This document shows positions 12,655 through 22,023 of a stretch of DNA of 64,000 bases, piece after piece. Source of the stretch: a virus (lineage: Duplodnaviria; Caudoviricetes); IMG/VR virus record IMGVR_UViG_2597490325_000001, positions 1 to 64,000 of that record, one strand, 5' to 3'. The first letter of the stretch is position 1. Each line of letters begins with the position of its first letter. The position numbers and the translations under genes were made by a program. The notes beneath the pieces are model-generated. The model ran no database searches. It was not told the origin of the DNA and saw nothing but the letters and a program-made list of their open reading frames with translations.

Positions 12655-13262
12655 TGGTCACCCAATCCAAGCTGTTTCCCATTAAAACTCCTGATAAAAT
12701 GCGTCGTATACCATATATCTTTATATCTCATATGGCAAATTTTAGTCTAAAGTTTAATCCTATTGCACCATATTTAAAAAATTATGTAGCTGGATACAAT
12801 TTGGATAAGGTAGAATCATACTTCCTAGAAAACCTTGAAAAGAAACAATTACCATATCACTTTTATGTATGTTTTATTAAAGGTGATTGGAAGGTATTTA
12901 CGGGTGCCCCTATTAACTTTAGGAGTCCTTTACTTACTGAATTGTCTTCAGCAGGGTACATCCAGACTGCATATACTGAATCTATTGTAGTAGCTGTTCA
13001 GGATAACTTTTCGTTAAGAGTTCCAGACCAACGGTTACATGATATTATAGCTTCCAAGATTGTAATACCTTACAAACAATTACTACGAAATAAAGATTAT
13101 CTTGATTCGGTAGTATGGTTTGATGAAGCTTTTAATAAGCAACAATATGATTCAGATATGGAAAGATACACTTATCTGAGAAATAAATATCCCTTCCAAG
13201 TAACTGAAATGAAGTTCTTTGATAGGGTAATGTTTAATATAGCATGTAGGACTTACTCATGA
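12654..13262 (+). CDS. Hypothetical late protein, possible degenerate amidase/PGRP fold
   Basis: IFISH...LPYHFYV...VFTGAP pattern; catalytic set incomplete. Confidence 0.4.
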   Translation: MVTQSKLFPIKTPDKMRRIPYIFISHMANFSLKFNPIAPYLKNYVAGYNLDKVESYFLENLEKKQLPYHFYVCFIKGDWKVFTGAPINFRSPLLTELSSAGYIQTAYTESIVVAVQDNFSLRVPDQRLHDIIASKIVIPYKQLLRNKDYLDSVVWFDEAFNKQQYDSDMERYTYLRNKYPFQVTEMKFFDRVMFNIACRTYS

Positions 13263-13723
13263 CTGTAGGCGTAGATTCCATTTCCTATGAAGGATTTGAT
13301 AGTAGTAAATATGCTACTTTCCCAGAATCCATTGCAGATTCTAAAATAAATCCTTTGTTACTAGTAAATCTGTCGGATAAGCTAGTAACTAATTTGGATT
13401 CCGAAGAGATCATTCTTCAGGATCCAACATGTACCTTTAAAGATATGCTTCACTTCTTTAAACCATATTATACTCCCGTTCCAGTATTCCCATCTGAGAA
13501 GTACAGGCCCGAAATGACAGCCAAAAGACTATACGGAAGTGCTGATTTTTGGGAGATATTGCTACTGGTCAACAATATGTCAACAGTGATGGAATATGAT
13601 AAAGAAACTATCAATTACATCCCTAATGACAAACTAACGAAGATTACTAAATTTGTACAGTTACATAAAGGTATTTATCGTACTGTTCAAGAAGATGATC
13701 TAGCTAGTAAAGATTTGCTATAA
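13259..13723 (+). CDS. Baseplate wedge protein (T4 gp53-like, LysM-like)
   Basis: YRPEMTAKRLYGSADFWEILLLVN. Confidence 0.7.
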   Translation: MTVGVDSISYEGFDSSKYATFPESIADSKINPLLLVNLSDKLVTNLDSEEIILQDPTCTFKDMLHFFKPYYTPVPVFPSEKYRPEMTAKRLYGSADFWEILLLVNNMSTVMEYDKETINYIPNDKLTKITKFVQLHKGIYRTVQEDDLASKDLL

Positions 13724-13765
13724 AATAACCCATACCCCTTTTTTAGGGATATAGGTTAAACTCTG

Positions 13766-13778
13766 AACACGCTTATAG
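13766..13778 (+). promoter_or_regulatory. Late-type promoter
   Basis: AACAcgcttaTAG after hairpin 13727-13757. Confidence 0.7.
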
Positions 13779-13799
13779 CAGATTATAAAGGTAAAACAA

Positions 13800-14438
13800 A
13801 TGATACTTACAGAAGAAGATGTATTGAATGAAATAGGATTTTATTCTCAAGATGGTAGAGTAACTGAGCTTCTAGAAGGGATAAGTTCGTTCGTATCCAA
13901 AGTATATAGAAAATTGCTCAATAGTATTCATCAATTATATGAGTTAGTACGTAAAATTGTGAAGACGGCTCTGAATCGTTTTAAGAATTCTAAACTTAAA
14001 ACTTATGCATTTGAATCGACTTACCAGTATTTATTAGGGTTATCTCTCAAAATCAGTCTAGTGCTACAAAAAATACTAGATAATAAAAAAGATCTGGACA
14101 TAGGTGCGGAAATTTTTATTTTAGAGAAAGCTCTTTTAGGTATAAAGATTTATAATGGTGGCATTACTATTATAAATAAAGTTTTTGATCGTAAAGTAGA
14201 AGTTACATCTGGTCAGATTAACAATATAACAGATACTCTTGATAGATCCTCCAAAGCTTTGAATAGATACCAATCTCAACTAATCTCTTATGCGAATGGA
14301 AGTCATCGTGACAAAAGCGATGAAGACTTTAAGTTACTTGTCAAAAATACCACCCGTATGGGTAATCTTGTCAGTAACTATGCACGAACAGCAAATAAAG
14401 TATCTATCTTTATTTTGAATTCAGCAGAACCAGTATAA
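13800..14438 (+). CDS. Hypothetical helical virion (internal head) protein
   Basis: Late promoter; repeated N-terminal LxE motifs (LTE, LNE, LLE). Confidence 0.55.
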   Translation: MILTEEDVLNEIGFYSQDGRVTELLEGISSFVSKVYRKLLNSIHQLYELVRKIVKTALNRFKNSKLKTYAFESTYQYLLGLSLKISLVLQKILDNKKDLDIGAEIFILEKALLGIKIYNGGITIINKVFDRKVEVTSGQINNITDTLDRSSKALNRYQSQLISYANGSHRDKSDEDFKLLVKNTTRMGNLVSNYARTANKVSIFILNSAEPV

Positions 14439-14451
14439 AAAAAAGAAATAA

Positions 14452-14485
14452 ACTCCCCATACCCTCTTTCGAAGGTATGGGGAGT
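14452..14485. terminator. Bidirectional terminator hairpin between convergent genes
   Basis: actccccatacc-ctctttcgaa-ggtatggggagt with flanking A/T runs. Confidence 0.75.
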
Positions 14486-14490
14486 CTTTG

Positions 14491-15300
14491 TTATGCTTCA
14501 TACATTTCAATAATACGTCGTACAATATCAGAACGAACAATGTCGTCAGAAGTGAACTCTACGAATCCAAAGTCACCTTTCTCAAAGATAGATGTATTAG
14601 TCCTATAACGTTTTTCAAGATCAGCTAAGCCGTTATCATGTTTCAGATTACCATTTGCTGTCTGTTTGATATCACCAGTAAGAATAGCCTTACTGTTTTT
14701 ACCAATACGAGTTAGAACCATATACATTTCTTGTGCAGTCATGTTCTGTACTTCATCAATAAGAATAACAGCGTTATCCCATGTTTGACCTTGTACAAAG
14801 TTAATTGCTACAGGAAATACCGACTTATTAAGACGAGCTTCATATCCACTCTTCCCAAAAGCCATAATCAAATGCTCTTTGAAAGGAACCAAATAAGGTT
14901 CGTATTTTTCATCAATGCTACCAGGGAGAAAACCCATACTCTTACCAATCTCTACGACTGGACGAGTCAAAATAACTTTATCAACTTCCTTATCGTTCAG
15001 CATTTGAGCTGCTTTTAAAGTAGCGACACAAGTTTTACCTGTACCTGCCGGGCCTTTTGCTACCGTAATGGTGTTAGAGACAATGGCTGCAATCATTTGT
15101 CCCTGAGCTTCAGTCTGAGCCGATAGTCTAGTCTTAAGATTTAGACTACGGTTATCATCATTTTTACCATAACGGCTTGTCTTTTTGGTAGTGCGCTTCT
15201 CGTATTTCGTAGAAGAATAACTCTCTTCTTCAACTACCATCTGCGCAGCGTTGTTGTTTCTTCTTTTACGACCCATAGGTATATACCTTTTATGAAACAA
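14491..15300 (-). CDS. phoH: PhoH-family ATPase
   Basis: GPAGTGKT, LTRP, GFLPG, LIDEVQN, LTRIG, TGDIKQ, DIVRS. Confidence 0.93.
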   Translation of the reverse strand: MFHKRYIPMGRKRRNNNAAQMVVEEESYSSTKYEKRTTKKTSRYGKNDDNRSLNLKTRLSAQTEAQGQMIAAIVSNTITVAKGPAGTGKTCVATLKAAQMLNDKEVDKVILTRPVVEIGKSMGFLPGSIDEKYEPYLVPFKEHLIMAFGKSGYEARLNKSVFPVAINFVQGQTWDNAVILIDEVQNMTAQEMYMVLTRIGKNSKAILTGDIKQTANGNLKHDNGLADLEKRYRTNTSIFEKGDFGFVEFTSDDIVRSDIVRRIIEMYEA

Positions 15301-15304
15301 ATAA

Positions 15305-17031
15305 CTATCTAATTGTTACTGCTTCTAAAAATATTTTTTCTTTTAGTTCTTGATTTACTATCATTTCTCCATAAAAAACACACGGAGACGAATCTATTGG
15401 AGATATAGCTTCATAAAATAATTCAACCCTTTCTTCTTTAGCAAAATAATCCGGATATGTATTACTATCCGTTAAATAATCATCGTCTGGATCTAAAGAA
15501 TAAACAGTTACTGGATTAATGGGAATATCTAATGCATCAGCATTATCATAATCACACAACCAAAAGTAATTACTGGTAAACCAATAAATCTTTTTACCTT
15601 TGTATAACTTACCAAATTCTTTTAATGGGTATTTTATTCTAACCATTTCCCTCTCCTTCCAAAACAATCAAAAGATTCATGTATATCTATAGAACCATAT
15701 ACGGTTCTTTTATCCATATACTCAACTATATATTTGTAACTAATTTGAGAATCTTCTCCAATCATATAGAAAGGGAAATAGGTTTGAGAATCTTTTATAA
15801 AATTATCAATATTTTCAGATGAGTGATTTTCTATAAATTCATCTAAATGATTATTACATATCATTTCTTTATTATGAGTTAATACAGACATCTTATGTTC
15901 TATATACTCTATGATTATTTCACTTATAGCTTCATTAAATGGTTCATGCGATTTTAGAGATTCTTCCGTCAGTTTGAATATTACCATCTATTACAATCTC
16001 CTTAGACAGTATTACTCTTGAATCGTAGATTTCCATTCTATGATATCTGAAATCTCCTGAACTATGAGATTCAGATATATAATATAAAATTTCTGAATAG
16101 AATTGTGAACCCACGAACCAAGGAGCAATAAATATATTTTGTGTATTAGAGAATTCATCATCTTGAATCATTTTATCTAATACATTGTCCTGTCCAAGAG
16201 TTATAAAATTCTCAAGAGCTAAATTTAAATCGTTTCTATATGTACTGCCAGAAGGTTCTTTATATTCGTCTAATAAGAATAAGTAATCTAAATAATCTCT
16301 AAATGTATCATCAATAAATCCTATATATCTTAATATCGTTACATTAGATGAATTAGACATTTTACCATTTATTTTGTATATCTTCATGAGTTACCCTTAA
16401 TTGGATCTTATTTACATTCTTATTAAGTAAATAAAATTTGTTAGACGGATTAAAGTTCCTAGAAAATGAATGAACTATTCGATAAACGCTACAACTCTTA
16501 ATCATCATGCAATGCTGTATTACATCCATACTTTGAATATTATAAATAAATTTCTTATCTAATCGTAGTAGATTCCATATTCCTTGGGTGATAAATTGTA
16601 CAGCTCCGGCTTCCGTATCATCATTATCATAACTTATATTAATTAAAGAATAAAAAGTTATAACATGGAAAAAGTTTTCAATTACAGTTTCCATAGTAGG
16701 GGATGGATGGCTTATTGCATATGGTTTAGAAATATCGATTTGCATTATAAACATTTGTCGTTAAAATCCTTATATAACCACCTTCATCAATTTCATGAAA
16801 ATTAGTATAAAACTCTATACATGTCAACCAGCCTTCATGCGTAGTAGCATTTTTTATTGAACTAATTGGATTCAGTCTAGAATAATGATCTATATGTGTT
16901 TCCCTTTTTACTATAGGTAGTACACTAGAATTCATTATAGTCATTTCGGCCAATAATTGAAAAATATTCATTTTACTAATAAAAAATGTATCTGAATAAG
17001 CATATTTGAAGTCAGTTTTTACTATTTTCAT
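15305..17031 (-). other. Second cluster of 5 overlapping small hypothetical CDS (16726-17031, 16362-16754, 15944-16387, 15634-15987, 15305-15667)
   Basis: Overlapping ORFs of 101-147 aa starting MKIVK, MFIMQ, MKIYK, MVIFK, MVRIK. Confidence 0.75.
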
Positions 17032-17091
17032 TTTGTAATCCTTAAAAAAATAAACCCCTTATAGGCTCAAGCCTATAAGGGGATATTAATA

Positions 17092-17982
17092 TTAATCTTT
17101 GTTTTCTACTACAAGGTTAAATTCAAGATTATTGATTACACGTAATTCTGCATCGGCGAACTTTTGACCTTTGAGAATACGGTTTACCAGCTTAGTTGTA
17201 GTTTCACCTTCAACCGGATTATTCAAACACTCAACGATATAGTTGGTACCTGAACCAGCCGTATAAGACTGAATTACTAAGAAGTATAAATCAGGTACTT
17301 TCTCGAAGGAGAATTTCATACCAATCTTAAGATTTTCGGCATGAATAAGAGCGCCGCGAGAGATATTATCTTGAGCAGTAAGAATATCATAACGAACACT
17401 TACACCGATCTTACTATCAACATATTGAGTATCATTAGGAACACTAATAAACTCACCGATGTTAGAGAGAATGATAGTACGTTTCTGTACTGGTTCCTGA
17501 AGGAATACAATACCGCAACCACGATTCTCAACATCAGTAACCATGTTACCTTCATTGATGTTAAAGAGATTTGTTACTACAGGAATAGGATGCGAGTTCT
17601 CCCAAAGAAGAGGATTCTTCATAAGGGCTTTATTATTAGGTTGATCTTTAGTCATTTTGCATTCCTTAAATTTCTCGACTACTTCTGTGTCGAACTTGAT
17701 TTTATCAAAGAATTCAGCAACTGTTTGAGGCTGCTCATATGAAATTCTTATGACCTCGGCGATTAACTGAAACGGAGAGTTGTGACGTTTGAGGAAATCT
17801 AAATAATCTCTAACCGTTCCTTTTGGATGATATTTCTTAATTTTATATTCAATGCACTTTTTAAGATGCTTATTTCGAATATTCCTATTTTTACTAGGAG
17901 CCGAGAAGAAGGCTAATGCTAGATCAATACAGTGATATTCAATCTCTGTACATTTATCTATATCTCTTCCCAAATACTGCAT
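17092..17982 (-). CDS. Hypothetical protein
   Basis: 296-aa ORF in operon orientation. Confidence 0.75.
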   Translation of the reverse strand: MQYLGRDIDKCTEIEYHCIDLALAFFSAPSKNRNIRNKHLKKCIEYKIKKYHPKGTVRDYLDFLKRHNSPFQLIAEVIRISYEQPQTVAEFFDKIKFDTEVVEKFKECKMTKDQPNNKALMKNPLLWENSHPIPVVTNLFNINEGNMVTDVENRGCGIVFLQEPVQKRTIILSNIGEFISVPNDTQYVDSKIGVSVRYDILTAQDNISRGALIHAENLKIGMKFSFEKVPDLYFLVIQSYTAGSGTNYIVECLNNPVEGETTTKLVNRILKGQKFADAELRVINNLEFNLVVENKD

Positions 17983-17988
17983 TGATAC

Positions 17989-18552
17989 TTATGCCTCAAT
18001 AAAATTATTATTTTTCAGCAGTTCGATTACTTGTTCTACTGAAATATATTCACCATTTGCTACGCTGAATACGTGATTAGCGTAATGGAATACTGCACGT
18101 TCATGTGCAAGGAATTCATCATTGCGACCTTCACGACGAGCAGATTCAGGAATTTCATCAATGCCGATATCGATACCAATCACGAAAATTTCCATTTCAA
18201 GATTGGAAGATAAAAGATCTTCAATGGCTTCTTTTGCCAGAATAACTGTAGAAATTTTACCTTCTACAAAATCTGGGAAAGAGCCGTATTTATATTGAAA
18301 CTGAGAGTCCGGCTTATTACCTAAACGACCTACCAATTTCTCTTCAATATGATTATATGTTGCTTCTTGAAGGAAGAGATATGGATTACCAAATGTTTCA
18401 TTTGGGCGTTTAGGGCGCGTTGTTACTTGAGACCATTTATGAAATAGTTCAGGATGAAATGAAATCAGGTTACTTTCTAAAGTAGATTTACCGCTACCAG
18501 AAAGACCACAAATCACCAGTACTTTATTCATGCGAAAGCTCCTTAGTTTCAT
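17989..18552 (-). CDS. gmk: Guanylate kinase-like NMP kinase
   Basis: VICGLSGSGKST and TTRPKRPNE motifs. Confidence 0.8.
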   Translation of the reverse strand: MKLRSFRMNKVLVICGLSGSGKSTLESNLISFHPELFHKWSQVTTRPKRPNETFGNPYLFLQEATYNHIEEKLVGRLGNKPDSQFQYKYGSFPDFVEGKISTVILAKEAIEDLLSSNLEMEIFVIGIDIGIDEIPESARREGRNDEFLAHERAVFHYANHVFSVANGEYISVEQVIELLKNNNFIEA

Positions 18553-19195
18553 TTATGAAAGACAATAGTTCTACAAATTCTTGTTGTATATCTGAGAAAC
18601 TTATACAGCGGCGCTGAACTTTCAATAAGCTATCACCTGTATTAAGTTTTTCATCAATAATTTTTATCAGCTGAAAAAGATTCACTTTATCAGTAAATTG
18701 CTCAAATGATTTTAAAAATGGATTAGTTACATCTACAATTCGAGCCACTAATTCTTTATTAGCATAGAATTCTAAATCAACTGTAGGGTCATCATTACCT
18801 GTACGAATTTCAACACTAATATCAATATTATTATAAATACTATTAACTATAGGGAAAATGTTACTAGTTAATGTATCCATGTCGATTTCGTCATTAGTAT
18901 ACTTTAGGAAAAGTATCCAGATTTCTTTATATACTTTTACAACTGAATGTAAAAGATTATAATTATCATTTACTGCTTCCATCAAGTCTACAGCAAAATT
19001 ATTTTTATTAATCTTTAATACTCCTGGGAGCTTAAAGTATTTAAAAATAGTAGGAATAGAAGACATTTCAAGAATATGGATAAAATCCATTAACTTTACA
19101 CGATCTTCGGTTTCTAAATTCATATTTGGTACTTCGATGGAAATGCGCTTTTGAGAATCTTGTATTAACATTTTTATTGTCTCTTTTAAGGACAT
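18524..19195 (-). CDS. Hypothetical protein
   Basis: 223-aa ORF with RBS. Confidence 0.75.
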   Translation of the reverse strand: MSLKETIKMLIQDSQKRISIEVPNMNLETEDRVKLMDFIHILEMSSIPTIFKYFKLPGVLKINKNNFAVDLMEAVNDNYNLLHSVVKVYKEIWILFLKYTNDEIDMDTLTSNIFPIVNSIYNNIDISVEIRTGNDDPTVDLEFYANKELVARIVDVTNPFLKSFEQFTDKVNLFQLIKIIDEKLNTGDSLLKVQRRCISFSDIQQEFVELLSFINETKELSHE

Positions 19196-19213
19196 CCATG
19201 TCCTTATGTTAGC

Positions 19214-19972
19214 TTACCATTTGGCTTCAAGAACTTCTAAGAAGGCTTCTTTTGTAGGGCTACTATAGCGGCGAGCTGCAGCCTTAGCCATATCTTTATC
19301 AATCATCATACCATTAGTTGGTTTGATCTTATTGATAAATTCAAGTTCTACAAATGGTTTTGCCATAATAGCAATAATATTTCTGGTAGGGAATTTACCA
19401 TCGAAACTAACGTTTAAGACAATATCACTTTCATCCTTAAAGCGAAGAATTGTCTTACCATCTTCAAACTCTACCAGACCACCAATTAGTTTAGAGCCAT
19501 ATTTGAAACGTAATTCGTTCATCATGCTATCAAAACAATTAGCTGCCGGAATCAATTTAGAAGTATAAACAGAGGCAATATTTAATACAGGTAAAAGCTT
19601 TTCCATTACAACTGAGTAACCAGACCAACTACTAGAATTAGGATCTTCGACAAAGTTGAATGTGATATTTGATGCAGAAGAAAATACATTACAGCGGATA
19701 ACTGGATCACGGTCATCAAACTTAGCCAAGCTCAAATCGCTAAGTAGATTAGTTAATGCTGTACGCATTTCTACATTTCTTACCTTATTGAACATATCAA
19801 GGAAAGAACCTTGCCAAAGAGAAACTGCGGCCATTGCACGGCCAATTTCTGTCTGATTAGAAACATCAATCTTATAATTAATTACCAGATTAACTCCATC
19901 TGGTAAATTCAAAATTGTTTTTACTAACTGAAATCCGACAGAAGACTTTTTATTGAAATTATAATCATTCAT
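19214..19972 (-). CDS. Hypothetical protein, paralog of the C-terminal half of the 19988-21310 product
   Basis: VEFEDGKTILRF..VSFDGKFPTRNII aligns with VAFVDGLTQLTF..VSFAPNILPSDRLI. Confidence 0.7.
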   Translation of the reverse strand: MNDYNFNKKSSVGFQLVKTILNLPDGVNLVINYKIDVSNQTEIGRAMAAVSLWQGSFLDMFNKVRNVEMRTALTNLLSDLSLAKFDDRDPVIRCNVFSSASNITFNFVEDPNSSSWSGYSVVMEKLLPVLNIASVYTSKLIPAANCFDSMMNELRFKYGSKLIGGLVEFEDGKTILRFKDESDIVLNVSFDGKFPTRNIIAIMAKPFVELEFINKIKPTNGMMIDKDMAKAAARRYSSPTKEAFLEVLEAKW

Positions 19973-19987
19973 TACTACAAATCCTTC

Positions 19988-21310
19988 TTAGTGGAAAGCC
20001 ATCAATTGTAACAGAGTCTTCGCATAATTTACATCAATATCACTATTGGATGATTCAATAAAGCGAGTAACTGCAGAAGCGGTAGTCTTAGAAATACCTA
20101 AATGTTCAATCAAACCATAGCTGATTTTTTCTTCTACTGCATTACAAAGTTTGATCAAACGATCACTAGGTAAAATATTTGGAGCGAAAGAAACTACTGC
20201 TGAGTTATCAGTATCTTTTTCAATGAATGTCAGCTGGGTGAGACCATCTACAAAAGCTACTTTGATAATCATTTTACGAAATGCTTCTCTAGCCACTTCG
20301 CTCTTTAGCTCTTTAGTAAAGCTTATTGCATTTTTGTTGAATTCTGTTACAAATTCAACATAGCCGAGGTTCTTACTAAGTTTATTATAGAAATATTTAT
20401 GGATTGACTTAGTCAATTCCAACATGTAGTTCATATTAACTTGATCAGGATCATCGCTATTAGCATTAGTTACTTCAAAAGATTCAACTGAAATATTATT
20501 ATATGAAGCTTTAAGGATTATAGAGATTTCCAAATCCAAATTAACTACATTTTTCTGATCATAATATTTCTTGATATCAATAAGCAACTCTTCAAAGAAA
20601 TGAGTAATTTGATTATACTTAGCCATATAATCTGGATGGGCCGCATGTAATGCCACAAATGACGGATGAGTCAAAGTGATATTATATGTATTATTTTTAC
20701 CTTCATTAAAATAAGTAAATTTAGAGCGTTTAGCTATTTCTAATGATCCAGAAGAAACCTTCTTACTAGCAACTTCTAAAGCTGCTTTAGGATCTGCCAC
20801 TTCTGATAAAGAAATAACCTCCAAACCAATATCAAGTAAAAACTCATCAAATTCAGATGAGAGTTTTGTAATTACTTCATCTTGTTTATTTGGAGATGCG
20901 TTAATTACATCAATCAAATTATCAGTAATCTTAATTAGCTCATTTCCAAAGCGATCATTGATAATATCTTTAACTTCAGAAGGAATAATTCCAGATTCCA
21001 TAATGAAGCTACTTGTTGCATTTGTAATATCAAATTCTACTACAAAATTTCCCATTTGTGAAAGAGACTTAGTGAACTCCGAGAAGTTCTCTAAACGCTC
21101 TGTAAAGTCAGTCAGTAGCATAATAATAGGATTTGATACTAACGGCTTATCCGCATCAATATATTCTACCGGAATATGGATTGAAAAGTACTGCCAACGC
21201 TTATTACTCGTACAACCCAACTGGAAGAAAGAGTTCCCATTAATATGGAAAGGACGTGAAAAAGGTTTCATGAACTTTGATGCCACTAATGGATGTGAAT
21301 AAGAACTCAT
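19988..21310 (-). CDS. Hypothetical early protein
   Basis: 440-aa ORF; GGAG RBS; minus-strand ATATATTAT at 21375-21367. Confidence 0.8.
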   Translation of the reverse strand: MSSYSHPLVASKFMKPFSRPFHINGNSFFQLGCTSNKRWQYFSIHIPVEYIDADKPLVSNPIIMLLTDFTERLENFSEFTKSLSQMGNFVVEFDITNATSSFIMESGIIPSEVKDIINDRFGNELIKITDNLIDVINASPNKQDEVITKLSSEFDEFLLDIGLEVISLSEVADPKAALEVASKKVSSGSLEIAKRSKFTYFNEGKNNTYNITLTHPSFVALHAAHPDYMAKYNQITHFFEELLIDIKKYYDQKNVVNLDLEISIILKASYNNISVESFEVTNANSDDPDQVNMNYMLELTKSIHKYFYNKLSKNLGYVEFVTEFNKNAISFTKELKSEVAREAFRKMIIKVAFVDGLTQLTFIEKDTDNSAVVSFAPNILPSDRLIKLCNAVEEKISYGLIEHLGISKTTASAVTRFIESSNSDIDVNYAKTLLQLMAFH

Positions 21311-21366
21311 GTCAATCTCCGTTTTTAAATTAGTATATTCTTACTCGTTAAAGAGTAATCAAAATT

Positions 21367-21484
21367 ATAATATATCTTTATTTTTAGTCTTATTTACATT
21401 CATGGAACATACAAAAAATTTAAAACTAATAACAGTAATTTGTGTAGAGAAGTTATCTTAGTATAAATTTCATACATATATTAT
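21367..21484. promoter_or_regulatory. Divergent early promoters plus a possible late promoter
   Basis: ATATATTAT on minus (21375-21367) and plus (21476-21484); AACAgtaattTG at 21431. Confidence 0.65.
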
Positions 21485-21526
21485 TACTAAGATAAATTAA
21501 AGAATTAAAATTACAGGAAAATTAAA

Positions 21527-21964
21527 ATGAAAAGAGCATCAGTTACCATCATTCAGTCCCGATTTACTAAAAGGATTGCTATTGTAAAAACTCGTAAGAA
21601 AGGTTATGGTCTTCCTGGAGGGAGTGTAGAAGAATCTGATTATTTTAAAGAAGATGATCATGATCTAGCTCACTATATGGCAGCAGTACGTGAACTTAAA
21701 GAAGAAACTGGTATTGATTGCCGTGATCTTTCCAAACTAGAAACCACTGTGTTCGTTAATAAAAATGATAATTCTGAACATGAAGTAGTATTTTTTGTAG
21801 GCCATGTCGGTAAAGAATTTCGTCTTTCTTATAATATTAAAGAAAACACTGCTCGTTGGATGAGTATTGAAGATTTCAAAGAAGAAATGAGACATAGTTC
21901 TTATAATTCTGTAAATGGTAGTATGATTGATATCGCCATTTCCCGTGGTTTGATTATTAATTAA
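21527..21964 (+). CDS. Nudix hydrolase
   Basis: LPGGSVE...AAVRELKEETG Nudix box with insertion. Confidence 0.9.
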   Translation: MKRASVTIIQSRFTKRIAIVKTRKKGYGLPGGSVEESDYFKEDDHDLAHYMAAVRELKEETGIDCRDLSKLETTVFVNKNDNSEHEVVFFVGHVGKEFRLSYNIKENTARWMSIEDFKEEMRHSSYNSVNGSMIDIAISRGLIIN

Positions 21965-22023
21965 TAAAAGATCCCTAATATACGAGGCTGTATATTAGGG
22001 GTTTATTTTCAAAAGGTACTAAG

